Assembly: GCA_963726875.1 (NCBI GenBank)
Contig: CAVSDU010000012.1
Span: forward strand, 20,323 to 84,322
Source: an uncultured Actinomycetota bacterium
GTDB taxonomy: Bacteria > Actinomycetota > Actinomycetes > Mycobacteriales > Mycobacteriaceae
DNA length: 64,000 bases
Direction of reading: 5' to 3'
Positions 33,487 to 48,760 of the stretch are shown here, piece by piece (position 1 is the stretch's first letter; the number at the start of each line of letters is the position of its first letter). The notes under the pieces are model-generated. The model saw only the letters and a list, made by a program, of their open reading frames with translations, did not search any database and was not told the DNA's origin. A program made the position numbers and the translations under genes.

Positions 33487-36400
33487 TCAGGGGGTGAAGT
33501 CGTCGTCGAGGAGCGCCAGCAGCTCACTCTTGCTGGTGGTCGAGTCGTCCGCAGGGGTGGGTGCGGCGGTCAGGTCGGCAATGACGGCGCGCAGCCTGGT
33601 GGCGACCTGCGTCTTTTCTTCGGCGGTCCAATCAGGTTGGTGCACCAGGGTATCGAGTTCGCCGCTGACGACGTCGAAACGGGCCAGCAGATTCGGTTGT
33701 TCGCTGGGAGCGGGCGCACTGGTGGCCAGTTGTTCGGCCAGGTATTCGGCCAGTGCGGCCGGGGTCGGGTAGTCGAAGATGAGGGTGGGCGAGAGCGTGA
33801 GCCCGGTCGCGGCTTTGAGGCGGTTACGCAGCTCCACGGCGGTCAGCGAGTCGAACCCCAGCTCCTGAAAGGCCTTGTGCCCGTCAATATCGATGGCGCT
33901 GCTATGGCCCAAAACCGTTGCGGCATTGCTAGATATCAACTCGGTCAGGGCCCGCTGACGCTGTTCGGGCGGTAGGGTGTGCAGCCGCTCCACCATGCCG
34001 CCGGCTACCGCGGAGGTGTCGGCGGCATCGATCACGCGCCGGCTCGGGCGGGTTACCAGGTCACGCCAGAGCGGCGGCAGGTCGGCCTCGCTGGTGAAGG
34101 CGGTCGTGTCCAGCCGGGCGGCTACCGCCACCGGATGATCGGCGAGCAGGGCGGCATCGAGCAGCGCAAGTGCCTGTTCGGTGGGTAGTGGCGACAACCC
34201 GACCTGTCTCATCCGGGCCAGGTCTCGGTCGCCGAGGTGGCGGGTCAGTGCGCTGGCCTCTTCCCACATTCCCCAGGCGATCGAGTTTCCGACCAGGCCT
34301 TGCTCGCGGCGATGGCTCGCCAACCCGTCCAGGAAGGCGTTGGCCGCGGCGTAGTTGCCCTGTCCCGGACTGCCCACGATGCCGGCGAGCGACGAAAACA
34401 TCACGAACGCGGCCAGATTCGCCTCGCGCGTGAGCTCATGCAGATTCCACGCGCCGTCCACCTTGACCCGCAGCACCGCGTCGAGCCGTTCGGGTGTCAG
34501 CGACGTGATCACCGCGTCATCGGTTAACCCGGCAGCATGGAACACGCCCTTCAACGGGAACTTCCCGGGTATCTGCTTGAGCATCGCTTCGACCGCGGCG
34601 CGGTCGGTGACGTCGCAGTCTGCGACGGTCACCTGTGCCCCGGCCTGTTCCAGCCCGGCCACCAGTTCGTCGGCACCCTCGGCCCGCAGGCCGGATCGGC
34701 TGACCAGCACCACATGTGCGACTCCGTAGCGGTCCACCAGGTGTCGGGCCACCGCCCCCCCGGCCATCCCGGTGCCGCCGGTGATCACCACGGAGGCGCC
34801 GGTCAACGGCGACTGCGCGCCGGCAGGCCCGTTCGGGACGGTCAGCACCACCTTGCCGATGTGGCGGGCCTGGCTGACAAATCGATACGCCTGCTGCGCG
34901 CATCGCACATCGAAGACCTTGATCGGCAACGGTTTCACCGCCCCGTCGGCCAACAATCCGAGTATCTCGGCGTACATCTGCGCGATCAGATCGGGCCCGG
35001 CCTCGAACAGGTCGAACGCCTGGTAGCGAACCCCGCGGTGCTGTTCGGCGACGGCGTGCGCGTCGCGCACATCGGTTTTGCCCATCTCCAGGAAACGCCC
35101 GCCCGGGGCCATCAGCCGCAACGACGCATTCAGAAACTCACCGGCCAGCGAGTTGAGGATGACGTCCACACCTTCGCCGTGCGTGACCGCCCGGAACTTC
35201 TCCTCGAACTCCAGCGTCCGGGAATCGCCGATGTGGTCATCGTCGAAACCCATGGCCCGCAACGTATCCCACTTGCCCCGGCTGGCCGTGGCGAAGACTT
35301 CACAACCCCAGTGGCGGGCCAACTGCACGGCGGCCATGCCCACCCCGCCGGCCGCGGCATGGATCAGCACCCGCTCACCGGACTTGAGTCCCCCCAACAC
35401 GGACAAGCCGTACAGCGCCGTCAAGAAGACCACCGGGACACTGGCGGCGGTGGCCAACGACCAACCCGCCGGTACCCCGGTCACTATCCGCTGATCCACT
35501 ACCGCTTCGGAGGCCGCCGCGCCCAACTGGCCCATCACTGCGTCGCCGACCGACAACTCGGTCACCCCGGGGCCAACCTCCACGACCACCCCGGCACCTT
35601 CGACTCCCAACTCCCCCGAACCGGGATACATGCCAAGGGCCAACATCACGTCACGAAAATTGACACCCACCGCTCCCACCGCAACCCGAACCTGCCCCGG
35701 GCCCAATTCCACCCGTTCACAACGCCGGACGGTCAGCTCCTCCAATGTTCCCCCGCCACCAGCACCCAACCGCCACATGCCATCCGGCAGGTCCAGCACC
35801 GACGACGAGGCACGCGCCAGCCGGGCGCCGTACACCACGCCCGAACGGACCAGGAGTTGCGGCTCCCCGTATCGCAGCGCCTCCTCGACCGATACCGAAT
35901 CATCGGTATCGATCAACACGATCCGGCCCGGATGCTCGGCCTGGGCGGAGCGCACCAGGCCCCACACCGCGGCGCCCGCCAAGTCCGAGACGGCTCCGTT
36001 GGGTAGCGCCGTTGCACCGCGCGTCACGACGGCCAGTACCCCGTCGGAGGTCAGGTGGTCCTGCAGCACCCGCAATGCCTGGTGTGCGGTACCCGACACT
36101 GCGTCGGGAATGTGGGCATCCGATGGCAGTTCCCAGACTGACTTCACGTCGACGACGCCAGTACCGTCGTGCTGCAACGGTATCCACACCAGCTCCAGTA
36201 AGCCGCCGCCCGTTTTCGCTCCCGCCGGGGCGGCTGCCGCCAATGCCTGCTCGGAAACCGCGCGCACCACCAACTCCCGCACGGACATCACCGGCAACCC
36301 CGCGGAATCGGCCAGCTCCACTGACACTGACCCGGCACCGGTGGGCGCCAGCCGGACTCGCAGCCGCGATGAGCCTGCGGCGTGCAGCGTCACCCCCTGC

Positions 36401-39400
36401 CAGGAAAACGGCAATGCCAACTGCTCGCCGCCCTCGACGAACCCCCAGGCGTGCAACGCCGCGTCCAGCACGGCGGGGTGAATCCCGAAGCGCCGCACGT
36501 TCACTCCCTCGGGCGCGACCACCTCGGCGAAGACCTCGCGTCCGCGTCGCCACGCCGCCCGCACACCCTGGAACGCCCGCCCATAGCCGTAGCCCCGCGC
36601 GGCCAACTGCTCATACACACCCGACACGTCGACCGCCGCGGCACCGACCGGCGGCCACGCCGACAAATCCGCACCGCCCCGGATGCCCCCGGGGCCCAGG
36701 ACGCCTTCGGCGTGCAACGACCACGAATCACCGCCCCTGGCAGCCGAATACACCCAGACGCTGTGGCGTCCGGAGTCATCGGCGGCAGCTACGACAACCT
36801 GCACCGGCACCCCGCCACGGGCCGGTAAAGCCAACGGCGCCAACAGGGTCAGCTCTTCGATGACAGGGGCGCCGACCTCGTCGCCGGCCCGCAACACCAA
36901 TTCCACGAAACCGGCGCCCGGAAAAAGCATCACCCCGCTGACGACGTGATCGGCCAACCACCCCTGCACCGCGGGTGACAGGGAGCCGCTCAACACCACA
37001 CCACCGACGTCCGGCCGTTCCACCACCACACCCAGGAGCGGGTGGCCACTACCGGCCAGCCCGACGGTGGCCAACTGGGTCGGCCCGACCCCCGGTTCCG
37101 CCAACCAGAAGTGCTGCCGGGCGAAGCCGTAGGTCGGCAACGCAACCCGCTGAGCTCCGAGTCCGGCAAACGCCTCGCGCCATTGCACGCCGACACCGGC
37201 GGTGAACAGCCGGCCGAGTGCGATCAACAGCGACTCAACTTCGGGACGGTCCCTGGCTATCAGGGTGGCCGATACTGGTTCGCCCGCAAGAGACTGCTCG
37301 GCCAGCGCCAGCAGCCCGCCACTGGGACCTACCTCGACAAAAACCTTGGTCCCCAACGACTCCGCCAACTGCACGCTGTCGGCGAATCGCACCGGCTTAC
37401 GCACGTGCTCGACCCAGTATTCGGCTGATCCGTATCCGGGGCCGGCCAGTTGACCCGTGACGTTGGACACCAGGCCGATCCGCGGTTCGGACACGGCCAG
37501 GTCGACAAGGGCCGCCGCGAACTCAGTGAGGATCGGTTCCATCAACGCTGAATGGAACGCATGCGAGACGGCCAGCCGGTGCACCCGTCGACCCCGAGCC
37601 GCGAGCGGCTGCACCGCGGTGTCCACTGCGGCCCGCTCACCCGAAATCACCACGGATTCCGGCGCGTTCACAGCGGCGATGCCCGCACCCGGAACCAGCT
37701 CGGCGACTGCCTCACCTTCGCTGGTCGCCACCGCGACCATCACCCCGCCGGCCGGCAACTCCGCCATCAGGCGGCCACGCACCGCCACCAGCCGTGCCGC
37801 ATCCTCGAGCGACAACACCCCGGCCACGTGTGCGGCCGCGATCTCGCCGACCGAGTGGCCGAGCACCAGGTCCGGCACCACACCCCAGGACTGCAGCAGC
37901 GCCGCCAGCGCCACCTCGACGGCGAACAACGCCGGCTGGGCGAACTCCGTGCTCTCCAGCAGCGCCACGTCGGTACCCCAGACCACCTGCTGCAGCGGCA
38001 ATCTGAGGTGGCCATTCAACGCATCGGTGGCCGCGTCGAAGGTCTTGGCGAAAACCGGGAACCGCTGATAGAGTGCGCGGCCCATGTCCAGGTATTGCGC
38101 GCCCTGACCGGGAAATACGAACACCGTCTGGCCCACCGGGCGGGTACGACCCACTGCGACGTCCCCGGACGGCTGGCCGGCGGCCAAGCCGGCCAGAGCC
38201 TCCAGGAATTGCGCACGTTCGGTGCCCACCACCACGGCACGGTGCTCGAACAGCGACCGCGTGCTCACCAGTGACCAGCCCACATCCAGTGGGCGCACGT
38301 CGGCATCGGAGCGCAGCCGCGTCAACAGCCGCTGAGCCTGATTGGCCAGGGCAGCCCCCGAACGGGCCGACAGCACCCACGGGACAGGGCCGGTGAACGG
38401 TTCTGGCGCAACGGCTTCCGGCGTCGGAGCCTGTTCCAGGATGACGTGGGCGTTGGTGCCGCTGATCCCGAACGACGACACACCGGCCCGGCGCGGCCGG
38501 CCGGGCGCCGGCCAAGGCCGCGCTTCGGTCAGCAATGACACCGCGCCCGCCGACCAATCCACATGCGGGGTGGGCGCATCCACGTGCAGCGTTTTGGGCA
38601 TCACGCCGTGCTGCATGGCCAACACCATCTTGATCACTCCGGCCACTCCCGCCGCCGCCGACGAGTGACCGAGGTTGGACTTGATCGACCCCAACCAGAG
38701 CGGCTCTTGGCGGTCCTGGCCGTACGTCGCCAAGATCGCCTGCGCCTCAATCGGATCGCCCAACATGGTGCCGGTCCCGTGGCCTTCGACGACATCCACG
38801 TCGGCCACGCTCAGACGTGCGCTGGCCAACGCTGCCCGGATCACCCGCTGCTGTGACGGGCCGTTCGGCGCGGTGAGGCCGTTGGACGCGCCATCCTGAT
38901 TGACCGCCGACCCCCGCACCACCGCCAACACCGAATGTCCCAGCCGCTGAGCATCGGCCAGCCGCTCGACCACCAGAACGCCGGCGCCTTCGGCCCACGA
39001 CGTGCCGTCTGCCGCAGCCGCGTACGCCTTGCAACGACCGTCGGCGGCCAGCGCCCGCTGACGGCTGAATTCCACGAACCCGCCGGGGGTGGCCATCACC
39101 GTCACCCCGCCAACCAGCGCCAGACCGCACTCGCCGGAACGTAACGACTGCGCGGCCAGATGCAGCGCCACCAGCGACGATGAGCACGCCGTATCCACCG
39201 ACACCGCCGGGCCCTCCAGACCCAGCACGTAGGCCACCCGGCCCGAGGCCACGCTCAACGTGGAACCGGTCAGGCCGTAGCCCTCCAGCTCGCCCTTGAC
39301 CTCGCCGCCGTAGCCGGCGTGAATCACCCCGGCGAACACCCCGGTGGCGCTGCCCCGCAACGTGGTTGGGTCGATACCGGCGCGCTCCAACGCTTCCCAG

Positions 39401-39789
39401 GACACCTCGAGCAGCACCCGCTGCTGCGGGTCCATCGCCAGAGCCTCGTTGGGCCCGATACCGAAGAACCCGGCATCGAAATCGCCGGCATCCGTGAGGA
39501 AACTGCCCCGCCGCGTGTAGGTTTTACCGAGCGCATCCGGGTCGGGGTCATACATCCCGTCGACATCCCAGCCGCGGTCCGCCGGAAAATCCGCCACGCC
39601 GTCGCGGCCCTCGATCAGCAACTGCCACAACGCCTCCGGCGAGTCCGCACCACCGGGATAACGGCAACTCATGCCCACCACCGCCACCGGCTCCGACAGC
39701 TTGTCCTCCAACTCGGACAGTCGCCGCCGGGTGCGGCGCAGATCCGCGGTGAGGCGCTTCAGGTAGTCAACCTGCTTGGTGGCGTCCAC
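33487..39789 (-). CDS. pks8: type I PKS, KS-AT-DH-ER-KR-ACP (continuous Pks8/Pks17)
   Basis: [49 protein letters not shown] and [13 protein letters not shown] in one 2100-aa ORF. Confidence 0.92.
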   Translation of the reverse strand: MDATKQVDYLKRLTADLRRTRRRLSELEDKLSEPVAVVGMSCRYPGGADSPEALWQLLIEGRDGVADFPADRGWDVDGMYDPDPDALGKTYTRRGSFLTDAGDFDAGFFGIGPNEALAMDPQQRVLLEVSWEALERAGIDPTTLRGSATGVFAGVIHAGYGGEVKGELEGYGLTGSTLSVASGRVAYVLGLEGPAVSVDTACSSSLVALHLAAQSLRSGECGLALVGGVTVMATPGGFVEFSRQRALAADGRCKAYAAAADGTSWAEGAGVLVVERLADAQRLGHSVLAVVRGSAVNQDGASNGLTAPNGPSQQRVIRAALASARLSVADVDVVEGHGTGTMLGDPIEAQAILATYGQDRQEPLWLGSIKSNLGHSSAAAGVAGVIKMVLAMQHGVMPKTLHVDAPTPHVDWSAGAVSLLTEARPWPAPGRPRRAGVSSFGISGTNAHVILEQAPTPEAVAPEPFTGPVPWVLSARSGAALANQAQRLLTRLRSDADVRPLDVGWSLVSTRSLFEHRAVVVGTERAQFLEALAGLAAGQPSGDVAVGRTRPVGQTVFVFPGQGAQYLDMGRALYQRFPVFAKTFDAATDALNGHLRLPLQQVVWGTDVALLESTEFAQPALFAVEVALAALLQSWGVVPDLVLGHSVGEIAAAHVAGVLSLEDAARLVAVRGRLMAELPAGGVMVAVATSEGEAVAELVPGAGIAAVNAPESVVISGERAAVDTAVQPLAARGRRVHRLAVSHAFHSALMEPILTEFAAALVDLAVSEPRIGLVSNVTGQLAGPGYGSAEYWVEHVRKPVRFADSVQLAESLGTKVFVEVGPSGGLLALAEQSLAGEPVSATLIARDRPEVESLLIALGRLFTAGVGVQWREAFAGLGAQRVALPTYGFARQHFWLAEPGVGPTQLATVGLAGSGHPLLGVVVERPDVGGVVLSGSLSPAVQGWLADHVVSGVMLFPGAGFVELVLRAGDEVGAPVIEELTLLAPLALPARGGVPVQVVVAAADDSGRHSVWVYSAARGGDSWSLHAEGVLGPGGIRGGADLSAWPPVGAAAVDVSGVYEQLAARGYGYGRAFQGVRAAWRRGREVFAEVVAPEGVNVRRFGIHPAVLDAALHAWGFVEGGEQLALPFSWQGVTLHAAGSSRLRVRLAPTGAGSVSVELADSAGLPVMSVRELVVRAVSEQALAAAAPAGAKTGGGLLELVWIPLQHDGTGVVDVKSVWELPSDAHIPDAVSGTAHQALRVLQDHLTSDGVLAVVTRGATALPNGAVSDLAGAAVWGLVRSAQAEHPGRIVLIDTDDSVSVEEALRYGEPQLLVRSGVVYGARLARASSSVLDLPDGMWRLGAGGGGTLEELTVRRCERVELGPGQVRVAVGAVGVNFRDVMLALGMYPGSGELGVEGAGVVVEVGPGVTELSVGDAVMGQLGAAASEAVVDQRIVTGVPAGWSLATAASVPVVFLTALYGLSVLGGLKSGERVLIHAAAGGVGMAAVQLARHWGCEVFATASRGKWDTLRAMGFDDDHIGDSRTLEFEEKFRAVTHGEGVDVILNSLAGEFLNASLRLMAPGGRFLEMGKTDVRDAHAVAEQHRGVRYQAFDLFEAGPDLIAQMYAEILGLLADGAVKPLPIKVFDVRCAQQAYRFVSQARHIGKVVLTVPNGPAGAQSPLTGASVVITGGTGMAGGAVARHLVDRYGVAHVVLVSRSGLRAEGADELVAGLEQAGAQVTVADCDVTDRAAVEAMLKQIPGKFPLKGVFHAAGLTDDAVITSLTPERLDAVLRVKVDGAWNLHELTREANLAAFVMFSSLAGIVGSPGQGNYAAANAFLDGLASHRREQGLVGNSIAWGMWEEASALTRHLGDRDLARMRQVGLSPLPTEQALALLDAALLADHPVAVAARLDTTAFTSEADLPPLWRDLVTRPSRRVIDAADTSAVAGGMVERLHTLPPEQRQRALTELISSNAATVLGHSSAIDIDGHKAFQELGFDSLTAVELRNRLKAATGLTLSPTLIFDYPTPAALAEYLAEQLATSAPAPSEQPNLLARFDVVSGELDTLVHQPDWTAEEKTQVATRLRAVIADLTAAPTPADDSTTSKSELLALLDDDFTP

Positions 39790-39806
39790 TGATGTTCCTT
39801 GGATTC

Positions 39807-42800
39807 TCAGGATTCGAGTTCTTCGTCGAGAATGGCGAAAAGTTCGCTTTCGCTGGCGGCGGCGAGGTCGTCGTCGAGGGCCAGGTCAGCCAGGATGTCG
39901 TGCAGGCGGTGCGGATAGTTGCGCTCTGTCTGCTGACTGCCAATCACGTTGTCGGATAAGGTCGTTCAGCTCGCGGGCGAGGTGATCGAAGCGCGCCATC
40001 GGGTCGGCTTGTGGCGCGGGGGTGGACAGCCGGATGTCGAGGTGTTCGGCCAGCGCGCTGGGGCTGGGGTAGTCGAAGATCAGCGTGGGCGAAAGCGTGA
40101 GGCCGGTCGCGGTTTTGAGGCGGTTGCGCAGTTCGACCGCCGTGAGCGAGTCGAAACCCAGCTCTTGGAAGGCGCGCTGGGCACTGATGTCGGCGGTGCC
40201 GGAACGCCCCAGCACCGTTGCGGCGTTGCTGCACACCACGTCGACGAGTTCACGGTGGCGCTGGTCGGCGGTGAGTCCGGAAAGACGGGCGGCCAGGCCG
40301 GTTGTCGAGACGTCCGCCGCTTCGACGGTCCTCCGAGCGGGGCGGCGGACCAGCTCGCTGAGCAAGGCGGGGGCCTCTTCGCTCAGCGCGGCGGTGTCCA
40401 GGCGGGTGGCTACCACGACGGCGGGATCGGCGAGTAGTGCGGCGTCGAACAAAGCCAGTGCCTGACCGGTGGACAGCGTCGCCAAGCCGACTCGGCTCAT
40501 CCGGGCCTTGTCGCGGTCTCCGAGATGGCGGGTCATCGCACTGGCCTGGTCCCACAGCCCCCACGCCACCGAGGTAGCCGGTAATCCCTGCGCCCGGCGG
40601 TGGGCTGCCAGCCCGTCCAGGAAGCTGTTGGCCGCCGCGTAGTTCGCCTGGCCGGCGGTGCCCAGAATGCCGGCCATCGACGAGAACATCACGAAGGCCG
40701 AAAGATCGAGATCCCGGGTGAGTTCGTGCAGATTCCAGGCTCCGTCGACTTTGGCCCGCAACACGGTGTCCAACCGCTCGGGAGTCAGCGCCGCGATCAA
40801 CCCGTCGTCGAGGATGCCGGCGGCGTGAATCACCGCCCGCAGCGGGAATTGCGCGCGGTATCTGCGCAAGCAGCGCGGCAACGGCGTCACGATCGGCAAC
40901 ATCAGCGGACACCACCGACACCTGCGCGCCGGCCGCGCGTAACTCCGTCACCAACTCCGCGGTTTCCGGTGCCTGAGCACCCGAACGGCTCACCAGCATG
41001 ATGCTGGGCACCCGGTATCCAGAAACGAGGTGGCGGGCCAGCGCCGCACCGGCCATCCCGGTGCCGCCGGTGATCAACGCGGTGCCGGTAGCGAGCGGGT
41101 CAATAGTCAGCACCACCTTGCCGGTGTGCCGGGCCTGGCTGACGAACCGATACGCCTGACGAACCCGCGGTACGTCAAAAGTCTTGAACGGCAACGGTGT
41201 CAGCACTCCGGCATCGAACAATGCCATCAGATCGGCCAGCATCTGCGCCATGAGGTCCGGTCCGGCCTCGATCAGATCGAATGCCCGATAACGGATTCCG
41301 CGTTCGGCCATCTCCTGGGGATCACGAAGATCGGTCTTCCCCATTTCGATGAAACGTCCGCCCGGCGCCAACAGCCGCAGCGAGGCGTCGATGAACTCAC
41401 CGGCCAGCGAGTTGAGCACCAGATCGACTCCGGCACCGCCGGTGGCGGCCACGGAACTTCTCCTCGAAGTCCAGCGTCCGCGAGTCGCCGATGTGCTCGT
41501 CATCAAAACCCATGCCTCGCAGCGTGTCCCACTTGCCCCGGCTTGCGGTGGCGAAAACCTCCAAACCCCAGTGCCGGGCGAGCTGCACCGCGGCCATCCC
41601 CACCCCCCCGGTGGCCGCGTGCACCAGGACCCGCTCGCCGGCCTTGGCTGCGCCCAGCACCGACAGTCCGTACAGCGCGGTCAGAAACACCACCGGAACA
41701 CCAGCGGCCTGCGGCAGCGACCAGCCGGCCGGTACTGCGGTCACCAATCGCCGGTCAACCACCGCCTCGGGCCCCACCACACCCAACAAACCGAGCACCG
41801 CGTCACCGACGGCGAGATCGGAAACCCCGGGCCCCACTTCGACCACGACACCGGCGCCCTCGACCCCCAACTCGCCGCCGCCGGGATACATGCCCAACGC
41901 CACCAACACATCCCGGAAGTTCACCCCCACCGCCGCGACAGCCACCCGCAGCTGCCCGGGTGCGAGCTCCGCCCGCTCACACGAGCCCACCCGCACGTCG
42001 TCCAGCGTGCCCCCGCCGCCGGTGACCAGTCGCCACCCCGCCGGCTTGGGGGGCAGCTCAAGCGTCGACGATTGCGACGGCTTCAGCCGCGCCCGGTACG
42101 CGATCCCTTGGCGCACCAGCAATTGCGTTTCACCGCAACCGATCAACTCGCTCACGTCCAGCGATCCGTCGGAATCGAGCAATATGACCCGACCGGGATG
42201 CTCGGCCTGTGCCGAACGCACCAGACCCCACACCGCCGCGCCCGCCAAGTCGGTGATGTCCTCGCCGGCCAACCCGACGGCGCCATGCGTTTGCACAACC
42301 AGGACCCCGCCGTCCTCTCCCGCCAGCCAGGATTGCAGCCGGCTCAACGCTGCGTGCGTGGCGGAATTCACTGACGCCGGTGGTCCCTCGGCGGAATCCA
42401 ACTGCCACAACGCTATTGGCGAGGTCATTGGTGAATCATCGGCGGCTGCCAGTGTGGTGGGCGTCCACTCGATCTCGAACAAGCCTGCATTGCCACGCCC
42501 CGCCATCGGCAGCGCCTGCGTGGACACCGGGCGAAAAGCCAAGTTACGCACCGTCAGCACGGGCAGGCCCCACGGATCGGCCAGTTCCAGAGTCACCGAA
42601 TCGGTGCTCGCGCGGGCGATTCGGACGCGCAGCCGGGTGGCGTCGGCGGCGTGCAGCGACACCCCCTGCCAGGAGAACGGCAGGACCGTCCCGTCCTGTT
42701 CGCCGGCCACTCCCCACGCATGCAGCGCCGCGTCCAGCAACGCCGGATGAATGCCGAATCCGGTGGTGGTGAGTCCGTCGGGCAGCGCGATCTCGGCGAA

Positions 42801-45800
42801 GATGTCGCCGCCGGACTGCCACATCGCCAGCAAGCCTTGAAAGGCCCGGCCGTACTGGTAGCCGCGGGCGGCCAGTCGTCGGTAGGCGTCCGTGAGATCG
42901 ACCGCCGTCGCACCAGCGGGTGGCCATACGGACAGATCCGCCTGTGGGGCGGGCGCGTCCGTCCCCAGGGCGCCCGTGGCGTGCAGTATCCACTCCGCTT
43001 CAGGACCACGGGAATACACCGAGATCTCGCGATGGCCCGCGTCATCGGCGGCCGCCCACCACCACTTGCACCCGCACCGCACCCTCGTCGGGCAACAGCA
43101 ACGGTGTCGACAGGGTCAACTCCTGCACCACCGGGCAATCGACCTCGTCACCGGCCCGCAGGGCCAACTCGACAAATCCCGCCCCGGGGAACAACACGGT
43201 GCCCGACACGGCGTGATCGGCCAGCCACGGCTGGACCGACAGCGACAGTTGCCCCGTTAACACCACCCCACCGGAATCGGGCCGTTCGACGACCGCACCC
43301 AGCAGTTCGTGCGCAGCGCCCACCAATCCGGCGCGGCGTACATCGCGATCGCCCGACCCGGCGAGCCAGAATCGGCGCCGCACGAAGCCGTAGGTGGGCA
43401 ACTGGACCCGGCGGCCACCCTCGAACACCGGCGACCAGTCCACCACCACGCCCGCCACCTGAGCCTGCGCCGCCGACAGCCAGAACCGTTGCAGCCCTCC
43501 GTCGTTGCGGCCCAGCGACGGGATGATCACCGATTGCTCCGCGGCCAGCGTCTCCTCGATGCCGGCGATCAATACCGGGTGCGGACTGGATTCGATGAAG
43601 ACCTGGTGGCCGGCGTCGGATGCAGCGCGCACGGCGCGTTCGAATTGAACTGTCTGCCTGATGCTTTGGTACCAGTAGTCGGCGTTCAACGCGCCGGTGT
43701 CCAGCAGCGCGCCGGTCACTGTCGAATAGAACGCCACCGGTGACGAGCGGGGCGCGATGTGCTGGAGGGCCGCGGCGAGGTCGGCGCGGATGGCATCGAC
43801 GTGGACGGAGTGCGAAGCGTAGTCCACATCGATCCGGCGTGCCCGAATGTTCTCCGCGTCGCATCGGCTCACCAGTTCAGTGACGGCGTCCACTTCACCA
43901 GACACGACGATGGATGAAACCCCATTGATCGCTGCGATATTCAGCCGGCCGGCCCAGGGTGCCAGCAGCTCCTCAGCCTGGGCCAGAGTGAGGGCCAGCG
44001 AAGCCATGCCGCCGGCGCCGGACAGTTGCACCAGCAGCCGGCTGCGCAGCGCCACCACCTTGGCGGCATCCTCCAGCGACAGCGCGCCGGCCACGTAGGC
44101 GGCCGCGATTTCGCCCTGCGAGTGCCCGATCACCGCGTCCGGTGTGACACCGAGGGACCGCCATAATTCGGCCAGCGACACCATGATCGCCCACAGCGCC
44201 GGTTGCACCACATCCACCCGGTCCAGGCCCGGCGCGCCCGGCGCCGAACGAATGACGTCGATCAGCGACCAGTCCACGTATTCGCGCAGCGCCTTGTCGC
44301 AGCGCTGCAGGTGATCGGCGAACACCGTTGAACTGTCGAGTAATTGGAGTCCCATACCAGGCCACTGCGAGCCCTGGCCGGGGAACACGAACACCGTCTT
44401 GCCCACCGGTCGGGCTCGGCCGACCACCACGCCGGGGCCCGCTTCGCCGGCCGCCAGGTGGGTGAGTCCGTCGATGAACTCGGCGGCATCGGCACCCACC
44501 ACCACCGCGCGGTGGTCGAACAGCGACCGGGTGCTGACCAGTGACCAGCCCACATCGAGCGGACGCACATCGTCCTTGACGTGCGCAGCAGGCGCCGAGC
44601 CTGATTGGCCAGAGCTCCGCGGAACGCGCCGACAACACCCATGGCACCAGCCGGTTGTCAGGCTCCAAGACGTCCGGTATGTCGTCGTCGTCGGACGGGG
44701 CCTGCTCCAGGATCACATGCGCGTTGGTCCCGCTGATCCCGAACGATGACACCGCGGCCCGCCGCGGCCGCCCGCCCTGCGGCCAGGACCGCCGTTCGGT
44801 CAGCAGCGACACCGCGCCGGCTGACCAATCCACATGCGGGGTAGGCACATCGACGTGCAGGGTCTGGGGCAGCACCCCATGCTGCATCGCCATGGTCATC
44901 TTCATGACGCCCGCGACGCCCGCCGCCGCCGATGTATGACCCATGTTCGACTTGATCGACCCCAACCACAGGGGCTCCTCGCGATCTTGGCCGTAGGTCG
45001 CCAAAATAGCCTGTGCCTCAATGGGATCCCCAAGTGTGGTGCCGGTTCCGTGGCCTTCGACGACGTCCACGTCGGCCGCGGTGAGACGGGCACTGGCCAA
45101 TGCGGCGCGAATGACCCGCTGTTGGGATGGACCGTTCGGCGTAGCCAGGCCGTTGGAGGCACCGTCCTGATTCACCGCCGACCCCCGCACCACCGCCAGC
45201 ACCGGATGCCCCAACCGCTGTGCGTCGGCCAACCGCTCCACCACGAGAGCACCGGCGCCCTCGGAGAAGGCGGTCCCGTCGGCCGCACCGGCGTACGCCT
45301 TGCACCGACCGTCGACGGAAAGTGCCCGCTGCCGGCTGAATTCGATGAACATGGCCGGGGTGGCCATCACTGTCACGCCGCCGACCAGCGCCAGATCGCA
45401 TTCCCCCGACCGCAACGACTGCACGGCAAGATGGAGTGCCACCAGCGACGATGAACACGCCGTATCCACCGACACCGCCGGACCTTCCAGGCCCAGCACG
45501 TATGCCACCCGGCCGGTAGCCACACTCAGCGTCGAACCACGCAGCCCGTACCGCTCCAGGTCACCGGGAACCCGACCCTGACCGCCGTACGAACCGTGGA
45601 ACACACCGGCGAAGACGCCGGTCGGCGAACCCCGTAGGGTCAGCGGGTCGATCCCGGTGCGCTCCAACGCTTCCCATGACACCTCCAGCAGCAACCGCTG
45701 CTGTGGATCCATCGCCAGCACCTCGCTGGGCGCGATTCCGAAGAACTGCGCGTCGAAGCCCGCGACGTCGGTCAGGAAACCGCCGGAGCGGGTGTAGGAC

Positions 45801-46072
45801 TTGCCGACCGCATCCGGATCGGCATCGAACAGTCCCGCCAAGTCCCAGCCGCGGTCGGTGGGGAACCCGGTGACCACGTCGCGGCCCGCGGCCACCATCT
45901 CCCACAGGCCCTCGGGGGTGTCCACTCCGCCCGGATACCGGCAGGCCATGCCCACCAACGCAATCGGCTCGGTGGCCCGGGCAAGGAAGTCGCGGTTCTC
46001 GCGCTTGAGTCGCTCGTTTTCCTTGAGTGATCTGCGCAGGGCCGCAATGAGGTCATCTTGAGTGCTGGTCAT
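39807..46072 (-). CDS. pks7: type I PKS, KS-AT-DH-ER-KR-ACP (Pks7; about five apparent frameshifts near 44600, 43060, 41450, 40860, 39900)
   Basis: Consecutive ORFs carry [48 protein letters not shown] and LGFDSL. Ends ...[14 protein letters not shown]. Confidence 0.9.
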
Positions 46073-46089
46073 ACCATGGGATCAGGCAT

Positions 46090-47149
46090 TCAGTGCCAGC
46101 GCAGAAGGACCAGTTCGGAACAGAAGCCGGGTCCCATCGCGATCATCAGTCCGGGGCTACCACTGGGCGGTGGCTTGGCGAGGGTGTCACGCAGCACGTG
46201 CAGCACCGACGCCGACGACAGGTTGCCGATCTCGCCCAGTGAGCGCCAGGTGAGCTCCAACGCTTCCGGCGGCAGGTTGAGGGTGTCGGTGATCGCGTTG
46301 ATGATCTTGGGTCCGCCGGATGCGTCACCCAGGCGCCGATGTCGGTGGTGGTCAGGCCGTGCTCAGCCAGAAACTCGGTGACGTCGTCGCCCACATACTG
46401 CTCGACCACGGCCGCCAGATCCTTGGACAGGACGAGTTCGAATCCGGCCGAACCAACGTCATAGCCCATGGTGCGCAGGGAATCTGGATACAGGTGGCTG
46501 CGCGAATCGACGATGCTCGGGCCGCCGGCTGCTACCTCCTCGGCGCGACGGTCCCCCACCGCGATGACCGCGGCGGCGCCGTCGGCAAACAGCGCGCTGC
46601 CCACCAGGCCGGCCACGGACGGCTTGTAACCGGGGAAGGTGAGCGAGCACAACTCGACCGAAACCAGGGCCGCGATGCCGTCTGGGGCGCCCCGCAGGTA
46701 GTCGTGCAGCCGGGCCACCCCGGCCGCACCCGCCACGCAGCCCAACCCAACAGCGGTACCCGTCGCACGTCGGCGCGCAGCCCGACCCGCCCGGCGATCC
46801 GGGCGTCCAGCGACGGCACCGCAAGGCCGGTGACCGTGGTGGTGATGAGCACGTCGAGATCCTCGGGGCGCAGTCCGGCTTCGTCGAGTGCACCCATCAG
46901 GGCCTCGACGCCCAGGTCCACGGCCTTGTCGATGAAGATGCTGTTCGCCTCGCCGAAGTCGTTCAGCCGCGCGTACTGCTCCAGCGGCAGGACCAGGTGG
47001 CGGCTGTTGACTTTCGCGCTGGCATGCAGCTGTCGGACGATGTCTTCGTAACCCTCGAAATCCGGGATGCTGACGAACGTGTCGGTGAGTTCCTGCTGCG
47101 AATAGCGATAGGGCGGCAGGGCGCCGAAGACACCTGCGATGACACTCAT
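46090..47149 (-). CDS. pks10: type III polyketide synthase Pks10 (apparent frameshifts near 46745 and 46320)
   Basis: [31 protein letters not shown] and ...[14 protein letters not shown]. Position after argH. Confidence 0.9.
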
Positions 47150-47258
47150 TGGTCCCACCCTCTTGATACGAACGCCAAGGCCGTCACGTTCAACCGAAAC
47201 GGTTAGACCTGGAAGTTTAGTCGGGGCCAAGCTGACCGGCAAAAAGGCAGCATGCCGC

Positions 47259-48742
<1,484 letters not shown>

Positions 48743-48760
48743 CTAGCCGCCTGACGCCGG

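Noticed and set aside
33760-44600. Similar DNA blocks shared by pks7 and pks8 as recent gene conversion
   Set aside because: The blocks compared by eye show many synonymous differences, consistent with ordinary paralogy.
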